Positions 8,586 through 18,028 of a DNA stretch of 64,000 nucleotides are shown here, piece by piece. Source of the DNA: a virus; IMG/VR virus record IMGVR_UViG_3300023110_001595, positions 1 to 64,000 of that record; one strand, given 5' to 3'. The number at the start of each line of letters is the position of its first letter. Positions within the stretch are counted from its first letter, which is position 1. The notes under the pieces were generated by a model, which saw nothing but the letters and a program-made list of their open reading frames with translations, was not told the origin of the DNA and did no database searches. The position numbers and the translations under genes were made by a program.

Positions 8586-9142
8586 TTACAAATATTAATA
8601 TTAGTCTTGATTATAAAGAATTAGTCGATACTTATTATAAATTAGATATCGATAGTAAAATAAAAAATAATTACAATCTTAAACAATTAGCAGTGCAGTG
8701 TCGAAATGATGCTACACCAAAAGATCAATTGTCAGAAAGTTGTGGCAGCTTATATTATGATTGGCCTGCATATACTGGAAAAGGTGATATACCATTACGC
8801 AAACAAATATTTGAAGAAGATCAATTCAATACTGTATGTGATATCTTTCAAAATACAATTTTCGAAGAATTAATAGAAAAAATACAACAACAATACGATA
8901 TCATTAGAGGTCGTTTTATGTTATTACAACATAAAACTTGTTTAACATATCATAAAGACCCTAGCAAACGTATTCATATACCAATATATACAAACAACGA
9001 TTGTATGATGATTATAGACGATCAAGTCTATAGATTACCGTTTGGTGCAACATATTTGGTAGATACTACCGTTCCTCATACTGCACTAAATGCAAGTAAA
9101 GACCCTAGAGTGCATCTTGTATTTTGTTTAAATACTGCGTAA
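8582..9142 (+). CDS. 2OG-Fe(II) oxygenase, aspartyl/asparaginyl beta-hydroxylase-like
   Basis: Facial-triad pattern HKD...RIHIPI...HTALN...RVHLV. Confidence 0.8.
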   Translation: MITNINISLDYKELVDTYYKLDIDSKIKNNYNLKQLAVQCRNDATPKDQLSESCGSLYYDWPAYTGKGDIPLRKQIFEEDQFNTVCDIFQNTIFEELIEKIQQQYDIIRGRFMLLQHKTCLTYHKDPSKRIHIPIYTNNDCMMIIDDQVYRLPFGATYLVDTTVPHTALNASKDPRVHLVFCLNTA

Positions 9143-9145
9143 TAT

Positions 9146-9153
9146 GATAAATA
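9146..9153 (+). promoter_or_regulatory. putative late promoter GATAAATA
   Basis: Upstream of a virion fibre gene. Confidence 0.55.
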
Positions 9154-9184
9154 TATAAAACAGTACATTACCTAGGAGACTATA

Positions 9185-10291
9185 ATGGCTTTAAAGCTAA
9201 GACGCGGATTAAGTGCAAACCGTACAGATATTGTGCCTTCAGAAGGCGAATTAATCTATACAACAGATACCAAATTAATTTATGTAGGTGACGGAACCAC
9301 ACCAGGTGGTAACGTTGTAACCGCAAGTGGCGGAGGCGGTGGTAGCATTACTGGTATTACTGATAACACAACAGGTCCAGTATTGACTTTAAACAACACA
9401 AATATTCAAACAGGAGTTACTTTAGAATTAGGTGCAGATATTGATCTTAATCAATATGATATTACAGGAGAAGGTGATATTACTGTTACAGGTGATTTGA
9501 GTGTAACAGGTTTAGGGTCAGGTATAGTTTCAGCTAATGCAGTTAATACTTCTACATTGTCAGTAGCGCAAGGTATTACAGCAGATATTAAAGGTAGTGT
9601 TTTTGGTGATGACAGCAGTGTAATTGTAAGCGGTATAGATGGTAGTGTAATAGCAAGTTCTTTGACAACTGATGAAATATTTGTAGACGGTGTAACTTTA
9701 AATATAAATAATCCTACTTCATCTAATGCCCAAATTACTGCAAAGATAGCTAGTGATAATGATGTAAGCCTGGTAAATTTAGTTAGAGAGGCACAAACTG
9801 ATATCAGTGGTGACACGTTACCATATGGTAGAATTGCTTTTACTAGAGATGACAGTGTAGGTGAAGCTACTACATCATTTATTCAAGGCGGTAGAGATAC
9901 CATTGTTATTGCCTGTGATCCGAGTAGTACATTTAGTGCTCCATATAACTTGATATTCCAAAATGGTAGATTTGGCATAGGCGCCTTAACTCCTTCAGTA
10001 GAATTAGATGTTGTAGGTGATGCAAATATCTCAGGAACACTTACAGCAGGTGATGTTGTATCAAATGCAGCAGGCACACCTGCTATTACTTCAACAAGCG
10101 ATCTTACAATTACCGTAGCAGGCAGAGCCGAAATTACAGGTGGAACATTTAAATTAGCAAATTTAACAGATACAGAACGTGATGCAATTACTGCTGAAAA
10201 CGGAGATATGATTTATAACACGGATGATAATACAATACAAGCATATGTAAATGGTGCTTGGTATAGAATTGATACTTCTCCTATAGTATAA
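9185..10291 (+). CDS. virion fibre/structural protein
   Basis: N-terminal LKLRRG...EGELIYTTDTK..YVGDG fibre-attachment motif, G/T/S-rich body, C-terminal ERDAI..NGDMIYNTD..W. Confidence 0.75.
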   Translation: MALKLRRGLSANRTDIVPSEGELIYTTDTKLIYVGDGTTPGGNVVTASGGGGGSITGITDNTTGPVLTLNNTNIQTGVTLELGADIDLNQYDITGEGDITVTGDLSVTGLGSGIVSANAVNTSTLSVAQGITADIKGSVFGDDSSVIVSGIDGSVIASSLTTDEIFVDGVTLNINNPTSSNAQITAKIASDNDVSLVNLVREAQTDISGDTLPYGRIAFTRDDSVGEATTSFIQGGRDTIVIACDPSSTFSAPYNLIFQNGRFGIGALTPSVELDVVGDANISGTLTAGDVVSNAAGTPAITSTSDLTITVAGRAEITGGTFKLANLTDTERDAITAENGDMIYNTDDNTIQAYVNGAWYRIDTSPIV

Positions 10292-10300
10292 GGATTTAGA

Positions 10301-12694
10301 ATGACTGAAAAATATTATCAACTAGGTGCGAACAATGCATCAGATTTTGAAAGTCTACATTACTTGCTTTGCTCGGCAACAAATAGTATAGAAAATATAC
10401 CTAATAGAGAATGTACTTGTCACGATGATAAATTACATTCTCCTACAAGAGGCACATTTTTACTCACAGATGAAGAAGCAGCAGTATTAAAAAATGATGC
10501 AAGAGTAAAATTTATCAACATCGATTATGCACTATATCCAGATGATTATAAAGCACCACCAGATGAAATCCAAGCAACAAGTGCTGAATTACTCACAAGA
10601 TATACAGGTAATGTAAAAATTTATAGAGAACACGAAAACAGTGATACTCTTCCTGGTACACCCGATAGCACCGATTATAATCGAGGACCATGGAGTTTAA
10701 CACGTCATGCACAAAAATTAGATCCTTGGGTGGATGAAAGTAGAACAGACAATTATGTCTATTCAGCAAACCCTACACAATATGGCGACGGTGCTGATGT
10801 AGATGTGATAGTTGCAGATGACGGTGGCGGATGGATAGGACACCCTGAATTTCAAAACAACTGTACAGGTGGTAGTGCACCTGATGGTTATACAGGTGGA
10901 AACAAATTACCGGGTAATGGAACTTGTGATGTATTAGATATTGTCCTAGATGCACCATATTATTTAGATCCTGATTATTTTGATGCCGATGCTGGCAACC
11001 GTCTAGAAACACGTTGGGACGGCACAACTGTTCCTGTAGAAAGTTTTGCAAGAGGATGGTGGACAAGCACTGATAACCGAAGTGCAACATTCAATGCTGC
11101 ATATCCAAGTGCAGGTGTTATATCGTCAGTAAACAGCAGCTACACTAGGGCTTATTGTAATGGTAGTAACACTGCACAGAGTAGTGTAGGGCAGCATTGT
11201 ACGCCCTGTATGGCGCTTACATACGGTAGAACACAAGGGTGGGCATACAATGCTAATAAATGGGTATTAAACTTGTATGGTGGCAACGGATCTGACATTG
11301 AACAAGGTTTTGATATGCAGAAAATTTTTCATAACACAAAACCTGTAAATCCAAAATATGGAACACAAGATCCAACTGTAAGTTCAAACAGTTGGGGGTA
11401 TCGTTCAAGCAAAGGTACAACAGGCGGGTACTATCATTTCCGTACAGATGCTCCTGTTCAATACGGTGGTATAAGTGACGAACCTTTGTTCATTTCTCAT
11501 ATGGGTGTTACAGGGGATGCAGGACGCTGGAAGTCGGAAATGAAAACAAACTCTTACACAACTGCACTAGATGAATTAATCGACTCTGGTGTAATTTTTG
11601 TATGTGCAGCTGGCAACAGTAATCAAAAACAAGTAAACTGGGATCATCAAGATTTTGACAATTATGTAAGTGATATATCAACAAGAACAATTGAAGACTC
11701 ATCATATGATGAATTTGGTATCGAAGTTACAGGAACAACCAACAGACGAGGTTTTCCACAACAAGGTGGATTAACACTAGGCGAAGGTAGTACCTTTGCA
11801 TTCAATGCAACTGCACCTGGAGGCACTGCATACTATAGAATTGTAGGCACAGATAGAACAGGTGCTATCGATTACAATAACGGTCCAATTACAATGCGAG
11901 CCGGTGATACAATAGAACTTACAAACGATGCGGATTCAAGCCATACTATGTTTATTAAGACATCAGCAACTACAGGTGCAAGTGATCAAGTAACTGGTGC
12001 AACAGGGCAAGGTGCTCATAGTGGATCTACAATAACTTGGACACCTACAAGCACTGGAACATATTATTATAGATGCTTGAACCATGCAAGTATGGGTGGA
12101 GAAATTGTAGTTACAGCAAGAGAGCAAACATACAAAACTATAAACATCGGTGCTCTTGATGACGAGTATGCTACAGGCAACTTAGAACGCAAAGTAAACT
12201 ATAGCGACAGAGGCGAAGGCATAGATGCTTATTTTGCAGCAGATGGTATTTTAGCAGCAAATAAATCTTACACAAGTGAAGGAAGATATCCTGACACATA
12301 TCCTGGATTCACAGCTAACAGTGGTAGTGGTGCAGGAATTCCAGAAGACTGCGCCTTTAGTGGCACTAGTGCAGCCTGTCCTGTAGGTGCAGGATTTATT
12401 TCAACTCTTGTAGGACTAAATCGTAATTGGACATACACAGATGTAAAAAGTTATTTTGCAAATTTAGACGACCAAGATCCTAGCGATTTTTATATAGGCA
12501 CAGAATCAACAAGTGCCACCGATAGCAACTGGAGTGATTACAATAGTTTAGAAGGTGGACCAGCTAAGGTTGGGTATCAAAATGCTGCTGCTATTAACCA
12601 AACAACTTTCCCAAAAAGAAGTGCTACAATTACTAATTTAAATATTACTGGTTTAAATATTAGTAGAGTAAATAAATTTGACAGAGGCAGATAA
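10301..12694 (+). CDS. subtilisin-like (S8) serine protease with inserted cupredoxin-like domain
   Basis: Catalytic D (VIVADDG), H (QHCTPC), oxyanion N (AAGNS) and S (SGTSAACP). The insert carries YYYRCLNHASMGG. Confidence 0.8.
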   Translation: MTEKYYQLGANNASDFESLHYLLCSATNSIENIPNRECTCHDDKLHSPTRGTFLLTDEEAAVLKNDARVKFINIDYALYPDDYKAPPDEIQATSAELLTRYTGNVKIYREHENSDTLPGTPDSTDYNRGPWSLTRHAQKLDPWVDESRTDNYVYSANPTQYGDGADVDVIVADDGGGWIGHPEFQNNCTGGSAPDGYTGGNKLPGNGTCDVLDIVLDAPYYLDPDYFDADAGNRLETRWDGTTVPVESFARGWWTSTDNRSATFNAAYPSAGVISSVNSSYTRAYCNGSNTAQSSVGQHCTPCMALTYGRTQGWAYNANKWVLNLYGGNGSDIEQGFDMQKIFHNTKPVNPKYGTQDPTVSSNSWGYRSSKGTTGGYYHFRTDAPVQYGGISDEPLFISHMGVTGDAGRWKSEMKTNSYTTALDELIDSGVIFVCAAGNSNQKQVNWDHQDFDNYVSDISTRTIEDSSYDEFGIEVTGTTNRRGFPQQGGLTLGEGSTFAFNATAPGGTAYYRIVGTDRTGAIDYNNGPITMRAGDTIELTNDADSSHTMFIKTSATTGASDQVTGATGQGAHSGSTITWTPTSTGTYYYRCLNHASMGGEIVVTAREQTYKTINIGALDDEYATGNLERKVNYSDRGEGIDAYFAADGILAANKSYTSEGRYPDTYPGFTANSGSGAGIPEDCAFSGTSAACPVGAGFISTLVGLNRNWTYTDVKSYFANLDDQDPSDFYIGTESTSATDSNWSDYNSLEGGPAKVGYQNAAAINQTTFPKRSATITNLNITGLNISRVNKFDRGR

Positions 12695-12706
12695 GTATGC
12701 TATATT
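12678..12706 (+). promoter_or_regulatory. sigma70-type promoter TTGACA-17-TATATT with extended -10 TG
   Basis: Upstream of the desaturase operon. Confidence 0.7.
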
Positions 12707-12735
12707 AAATGTAGTACATTTGTATAGGACTATCA

Positions 12736-13455
12736 ATGAATATTAGATTCCAAATATTTGGATTACAAATTTTATCATATCTATCAATCATACCTATGAT
12801 TATTTTTGCAAGTTGGTGGCAATGGCTAATTGCTGTATTCTTGTACTTTGTGTTTAATGGATTAGGCATGATTATGACATATCATCGATTGTTAACACAC
12901 AGAAGTTTTACTTGTCCTAAATGGTTAGAATATATACTTGCTTTTGTTACAACTTTTAGTTTCACTGGTAGTGCCATTACTTGGATAGCAATACATAGAA
13001 AGCATCATAAATTTGCAGATACAGACAAAGATCCGCACAGTCCGGATCATTTAGGATTTTGGAGAGTGCAATTTTTTACTGCGTTTGCCGAAGTAGAAGG
13101 TAGATATGCTACAGATTTAATGCGTGATCGTTTTTACAAATGGCAGCACAAATATTACACAACAATTTGCTATGCAACAATTTTAGTATTTACATTTATA
13201 GATCCAATGTTGTTAATATACGGATTATTGTTTCCAGCAGCACTAACATTGTTTTTTGGAACCTTAGTATTAAGTTGGGCACACAAAGATTATAAACCTA
13301 GAACAGTTATTTGGTTGGCATTAATTACATTTGGTGATGCTTTCCACGATGTGCATCATGATTATCCTAACAAATATAGACTACATAAATATGACCTGAT
13401 TGGATGGATTATTGAAAAAGTATTCGTCAGAAATAAAACCACACCTGTGGTCTAA
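12736..13455 (+). CDS. membrane fatty-acid (delta-9-like) desaturase
   Basis: His boxes HRLLTH, HRKHH and HDVHH, a DPHSP motif and TM helices. Confidence 0.9.
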   Translation: MNIRFQIFGLQILSYLSIIPMIIFASWWQWLIAVFLYFVFNGLGMIMTYHRLLTHRSFTCPKWLEYILAFVTTFSFTGSAITWIAIHRKHHKFADTDKDPHSPDHLGFWRVQFFTAFAEVEGRYATDLMRDRFYKWQHKYYTTICYATILVFTFIDPMLLIYGLLFPAALTLFFGTLVLSWAHKDYKPRTVIWLALITFGDAFHDVHHDYPNKYRLHKYDLIGWIIEKVFVRNKTTPVV

Positions 13456-13494
13456 AGGATTAAATAAAGTTGGAGAAGTATATTGGAGGTTAAA

Positions 13495-14208
13495 ATGTCT
13501 ACAAGCTGGAAAGGACGCCACGAATTACCAGTCATTGCACGACTTGATTACAGATTTGACATCAAAAGACTCAAAGAAGAACTAAATCAGTTTGCAGCAG
13601 ATAAGATTTGGGACGGGCTAGGTAGCGATTATGCTCATATGTGTGAAACACATACAAAACTTCCAAAAATGTTTTTCAAAGAAGAAGAACTAGAGGAAGT
13701 TAATTGTGTTTGTGATTTAGATTGGAAAACGTCTAGTTATCAACAATTAAGTTTAACTGAGTTTGACGAATCGTATGATATTAGCCAACGCACAGAATTA
13801 AGTGGTAGTGCTTGGGATACAAGAGTAGCAAAACGTGATCCTAAAGCAGATGAACGCTGGTATAGAAAAGTTAAAGACGATGTGCCTTCGTATTTGCGTG
13901 AGGTTTTAGACACGTTTACAGGGTCGCACAGAACTCGATTTGCAAATTTAGCACCACATAGTGAAGTTAAGCCTCATATAGACTATGACACACTTTATGG
14001 AATAAGACTACACATTGCATTAGAAACTAATGATAAATGTTTTAATGGCGGGTGGGATAAAGATGGCAAAGAATATAAAGAGCACATTCCTGCTGATGGT
14101 AGTGTTTGGATGGTTAATCCTGGGGTCAAACATTATGCAGTAAACGGAGGCAATACTCCACGCAATCATTTAATAATAAGTTTAGATAGTCAAAAGGTTC
14201 TTATGTGA
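13495..14208 (+). CDS. 2OG-Fe(II) oxygenase, Asp/Asn beta-hydroxylase-like
   Basis: PHID...RLHIAL...HYAVN...RNHLI. ATG at 13495 follows GGAGG. Confidence 0.8.
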   Translation: MSTSWKGRHELPVIARLDYRFDIKRLKEELNQFAADKIWDGLGSDYAHMCETHTKLPKMFFKEEELEEVNCVCDLDWKTSSYQQLSLTEFDESYDISQRTELSGSAWDTRVAKRDPKADERWYRKVKDDVPSYLREVLDTFTGSHRTRFANLAPHSEVKPHIDYDTLYGIRLHIALETNDKCFNGGWDKDGKEYKEHIPADGSVWMVNPGVKHYAVNGGNTPRNHLIISLDSQKVLM

Positions 14209-14690
14209 AATACAAACATTATCATGTGATTGGTTTACAAAGAACTGGAACAAACTGGTTACACGCTACTGTAAAAGAAAACTTTGAGGTAACACGCAAA
14301 CAAACATTTTGGAAACATTTAACACCTTTGGGACAAAATCCTAATTATCACAATATACACGGACCTTTGGGTTCATTGCTAGAACTTGATCCAGATGTAT
14401 TTTACATAGTAACCTGTAAAAATTTTGATGCATGGTGTCAATCTATAAAAAAACGTAGAGTAGATTTTTGGATATCTCATAATTTTCCTAACAGTGAAGA
14501 AAAGAAAACAGAGGATATTTATTACGCTTGGGTCAAATGGAAAAATAATAATATAAACAAAAAAAATTTTTTCTATAAAAATTATGAAGATTGGAATAAA
14601 AATTGGAAAACATATTTTTCGGAAATAGAAAAAATTACAGGTTGGCAAAAGAAATATGATAATTATATTACAATAAATAAAAGGTTTTAA
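14205..14690 (+). CDS. sulfotransferase-like P-loop protein
   Basis: N-terminal GLQRTGTNW resembles a PAPS-binding loop, followed by a WKH motif. Confidence 0.5.
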   Translation: MKYKHYHVIGLQRTGTNWLHATVKENFEVTRKQTFWKHLTPLGQNPNYHNIHGPLGSLLELDPDVFYIVTCKNFDAWCQSIKKRRVDFWISHNFPNSEEKKTEDIYYAWVKWKNNNINKKNFFYKNYEDWNKNWKTYFSEIEKITGWQKKYDNYITINKRF

Positions 14691-14692
14691 TA

Positions 14693-15283
14693 ATGTATGT
14701 AAAAGAAATTAATAATCCTATAATTCACGAAGTATTTGAAGCAATTAAAGGTGTATGGAATCTTGTGCAAAATGACAATCGTTTTCAAGGTAAGTACAAA
14801 TATATGCATTATGCAGGATCTACAGAAGAAACTGTAGAAATTATTTACGATAAATTTCCTCTTTTACTTGATTTCAGAATGAAACTTGATTTAACGCCAG
14901 GTATTTTATTTTTATCTTATAATGATCCGTCAAAGCAACTTTATCAATGTGATCCCCATAACCATGATAAAGAAGGAAGTTTATTTTTTCCTGTTGTACA
15001 TAGTGAAGGAGCGGGCACAGCATTTTATAATCCTCCAGAAGATAAAATTTATGACGTAGATAGGATTGCTCCAGGTGGTATAGAATATACAATTCAACAT
15101 TGCAATTGGTTTGAACCTGCTGAAGTGCATAATATGTCAACACCTCATATTATGAATACAAAAATACTTCATGGAGCATATGAACTTATACCAGATTACC
15201 CCGATAATCATTATAGAGTAGCTTGTAATTGGCAGTCAAACATATCGTTTAACGAAATAGATAGAATTTTACATGATACCTAA
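14693..15283 (+). CDS. hypothetical protein, possible 2OG-Fe(II)/cupin fold
   Basis: PHNHD...LFFPV...GTAFY...ILHGA...R pattern. Confidence 0.45.
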   Translation: MYVKEINNPIIHEVFEAIKGVWNLVQNDNRFQGKYKYMHYAGSTEETVEIIYDKFPLLLDFRMKLDLTPGILFLSYNDPSKQLYQCDPHNHDKEGSLFFPVVHSEGAGTAFYNPPEDKIYDVDRIAPGGIEYTIQHCNWFEPAEVHNMSTPHIMNTKILHGAYELIPDYPDNHYRVACNWQSNISFNEIDRILHDT

Positions 15284-16070
15284 TGTTCTTCATAATGTCT
15301 GGATAGGTGAAAAAATACCTACTTTTAATTTTACATTAAGTTGGCGTGATGCTATGCCAAACTTTAGAATTATTAATTGGCGTGACGAAAACATCGAATC
15401 AGAATTTAAAAACGACAAAACTTATAGGTATTTAAAGAAACACTATGGTCCAACTATGATTTCAGATTATATTAGGTTATGTATTTTAAAAAAATATGGA
15501 GGAGTGTATGCAGATTTAGATGTTATGTTTTTAAAAGATATAAAAAATTTTTTGAATACTCCTGCTTTTTGCACCTATCAATTTCCGCATATACCGGAGA
15601 ACAAAAAACTAAAAAAAACACCAACAGGTTTGAGTTTGAGAGATTGCGTAAAGAACTTTGTAAATGTTTATAATTTTTACAATACAGACATATATCTTTG
15701 TAATAATTTAATAGGCAGTGAACCAGGCGGACAATTTATAAATGAAATGTTAGATGCTTTTTTAGAACAATTAGATTTGCCTGTAGATAAAAGATTTAGT
15801 TATGTAGATTATGGTAATGGACCTATGCTAACAACATATGTTGCAAAAAAATTCTGCGATGTTAATGGATATACCGAACATAGAGAACAGGTATCGATTT
15901 ATCAAAGCGATATATTTCATCCTACAAACTATATACAATATAAAGATGCAAACGTAAAAAGACAATTGAAAAACACATTAAAAGAACAAATTTTAAAAGC
16001 AAAACAATCAAATAGTTATGCATTGCATATCCAAGGATCAGAAGAAGTAGATTTATATCTAGAAGGTTAA
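15273..16070 (+). CDS. glycosyltransferase, GT32/DXD (mannosyltransferase-like)
   Basis: IPNVLHNVWIG, SDYIRL and GGVYADLDV. Confidence 0.85.
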   Translation: MIPNVLHNVWIGEKIPTFNFTLSWRDAMPNFRIINWRDENIESEFKNDKTYRYLKKHYGPTMISDYIRLCILKKYGGVYADLDVMFLKDIKNFLNTPAFCTYQFPHIPENKKLKKTPTGLSLRDCVKNFVNVYNFYNTDIYLCNNLIGSEPGGQFINEMLDAFLEQLDLPVDKRFSYVDYGNGPMLTTYVAKKFCDVNGYTEHREQVSIYQSDIFHPTNYIQYKDANVKRQLKNTLKEQILKAKQSNSYALHIQGSEEVDLYLEG

Positions 16071-16073
16071 AAA

Positions 16074-16835
16074 ATGTTAAAAACTTTTCATCAAAAACTA
16101 TTATTTTTACAATCAGTGCTTTATATAACAAGCATTATTGGTTTGATATTTTATTGGGATCCTATATGGCTGCTGTTATCTGTGTTTGGAAAATATATAT
16201 TTGCTAATTTAGGTTTAGAAATTGGTTATCATAGATTACTATCGCATAGAAGTTTTACTACAAGCAGAACAGTAGAAAACATTTTAACATTCTTAGGAGT
16301 ATATGGTGGTTTTGGTCCTAGTTTAACTTGGACGGCTAATCATAGAGTACATCATAAAAACAGTGATAGGGAAGGTGATCCTCATCCTGCTTCAGAAACT
16401 TGGAAAACATTTTTTTGGTTAAATGATAAAGTTCCAGTAAATCCTAGTGTAGTTAGAGATTTGCTACGAAATCCATTTCATAAATTTTTGCGTGATTGGT
16501 ATTTTACAATTTGGTATTTAACATTAATAGTTGCATTTATTATAGATCCACGTATTGCAATTTATCTATTTGCTATTCCAGGAGCAACAGGACTTTTAAG
16601 TGGTGCAGCAATAAACATACTATGTCATAAATTTGGATACAGGAATTTTGAAACAAAAGATAAAAGCACAAATAATTGGTGGGTAAATCTTTATGCAACT
16701 TTTGGTGGAAGCGGATGGCATAACAATCATCATGCTAATCCTGGCAGTTATACTACAAAAGTCAAATGGTGGGAATGGGACTTAGATGGTTGGATTATTG
16801 AAAAGTTTTTGATGAAAAAGGAATCTTTAAAATGA
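16074..16835 (+). CDS. second membrane fatty-acid desaturase
   Basis: His boxes HRLLSH, HRVHH and WHNNHH, plus DPH. Confidence 0.9.
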   Translation: MLKTFHQKLLFLQSVLYITSIIGLIFYWDPIWLLLSVFGKYIFANLGLEIGYHRLLSHRSFTTSRTVENILTFLGVYGGFGPSLTWTANHRVHHKNSDREGDPHPASETWKTFFWLNDKVPVNPSVVRDLLRNPFHKFLRDWYFTIWYLTLIVAFIIDPRIAIYLFAIPGATGLLSGAAINILCHKFGYRNFETKDKSTNNWWVNLYATFGGSGWHNNHHANPGSYTTKVKWWEWDLDGWIIEKFLMKKESLK

Positions 16836-18028
16836 TAATTATGTTAGATAAAGATGATCCTAAAATTACTAAATTTAGAGAAAAAATATTTGAAGAAGAT
16901 TTAAATTTGCCTTTAAGTTATATGAATTATGGCTTAAACAAATTAAAAAGAATAACAGACAATAAACTAAGCGAAGAAGAATATCAAAATGCATTTAAAG
17001 CATCTAATGTAAAATGGAACGATGAAAAAATAGATAAAGTATGGTTAATGCCTAATGTTGCAATTAGTGCTGCATACGAAATTGATAATGATACATATAG
17101 AGGTGGATATTTAACATATACACTTAAATCTAAAAGGTCAAAATTTAGAAGTTTAAATTTCAAAGAATTTGGGTTTTTAACACATCAATGCATAAGAGCT
17201 TGCGAGCTAGGTAAAAAAGAATTAATATTAACTGTGTATGAGTATAACAGAAAAATGTCTGCACAAGTGCGGGCGTTAAAACACAAAGGCTATGCCGATG
17301 TAGCAGGAAATATCTTGCATCAAGAATTTGATTACAAAGGTATAAAAAGTCTTAATGGTGTAGATCAACATATTTTTAGTATAGATTTTGAAAAACTATT
17401 TAAAAAATACGATCCATATCTTCTTGAAATGAAAAATGAGGAAACTTTACCTGTAAAAGCAAAATATCCTACACAACCAGAAAAATATCCTTATGTTGTA
17501 GATTTAGGATTATCTGTAGATGTAGATGTTCTACAAAAAGAATTTGATGATTTTGATAAAAAAGACAATTATATGCTAAAACGCCTAAATGATTTTGTAA
17601 TAAGTCCAAGTATAAACATTATTTTAATGACGTACTTAGGATTTCGAAGTAGTGTATATCAAGGTGTAAGTTTAAACAAACCAGGAAGTTTAGAATTAAA
17701 AGAGTCAGTGGGTTCTGCTACTAGAGATTTGTTAGATAAGTTTGATGATGTATGCAGGGTAAATTATATTACGACTCATAAAGGATGGAAAACAAAATCT
17801 CATAAAGATCACGAAGATTATACAACACAAGGATTTAGAATTATAATTCCATTTGCCGAAATGAAAATGACGTTTGAAAAACGTGTTGAATATATGTTCA
17901 AACCAGGGAGAGCTTACTTTGTAAATGTTGCTGTTGAACACGTAGGCGAACACGGAAGTTTATTAAATACACGTACAGGAATACTTTTTAAAATGTGTAA
18001 TGATAAAATGATTTGGGATAACGTATGA
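16832..18028 (+). CDS. two-domain protein: putative GNAT-like N-terminus + 2OG-Fe(II) hydroxylase C-terminus
   Basis: C-terminal HKD...RIIIP...H...R. The N-terminal fold is only loosely GNAT-like. Confidence 0.5.
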   Translation: MIIMLDKDDPKITKFREKIFEEDLNLPLSYMNYGLNKLKRITDNKLSEEEYQNAFKASNVKWNDEKIDKVWLMPNVAISAAYEIDNDTYRGGYLTYTLKSKRSKFRSLNFKEFGFLTHQCIRACELGKKELILTVYEYNRKMSAQVRALKHKGYADVAGNILHQEFDYKGIKSLNGVDQHIFSIDFEKLFKKYDPYLLEMKNEETLPVKAKYPTQPEKYPYVVDLGLSVDVDVLQKEFDDFDKKDNYMLKRLNDFVISPSINIILMTYLGFRSSVYQGVSLNKPGSLELKESVGSATRDLLDKFDDVCRVNYITTHKGWKTKSHKDHEDYTTQGFRIIIPFAEMKMTFEKRVEYMFKPGRAYFVNVAVEHVGEHGSLLNTRTGILFKMCNDKMIWDNV

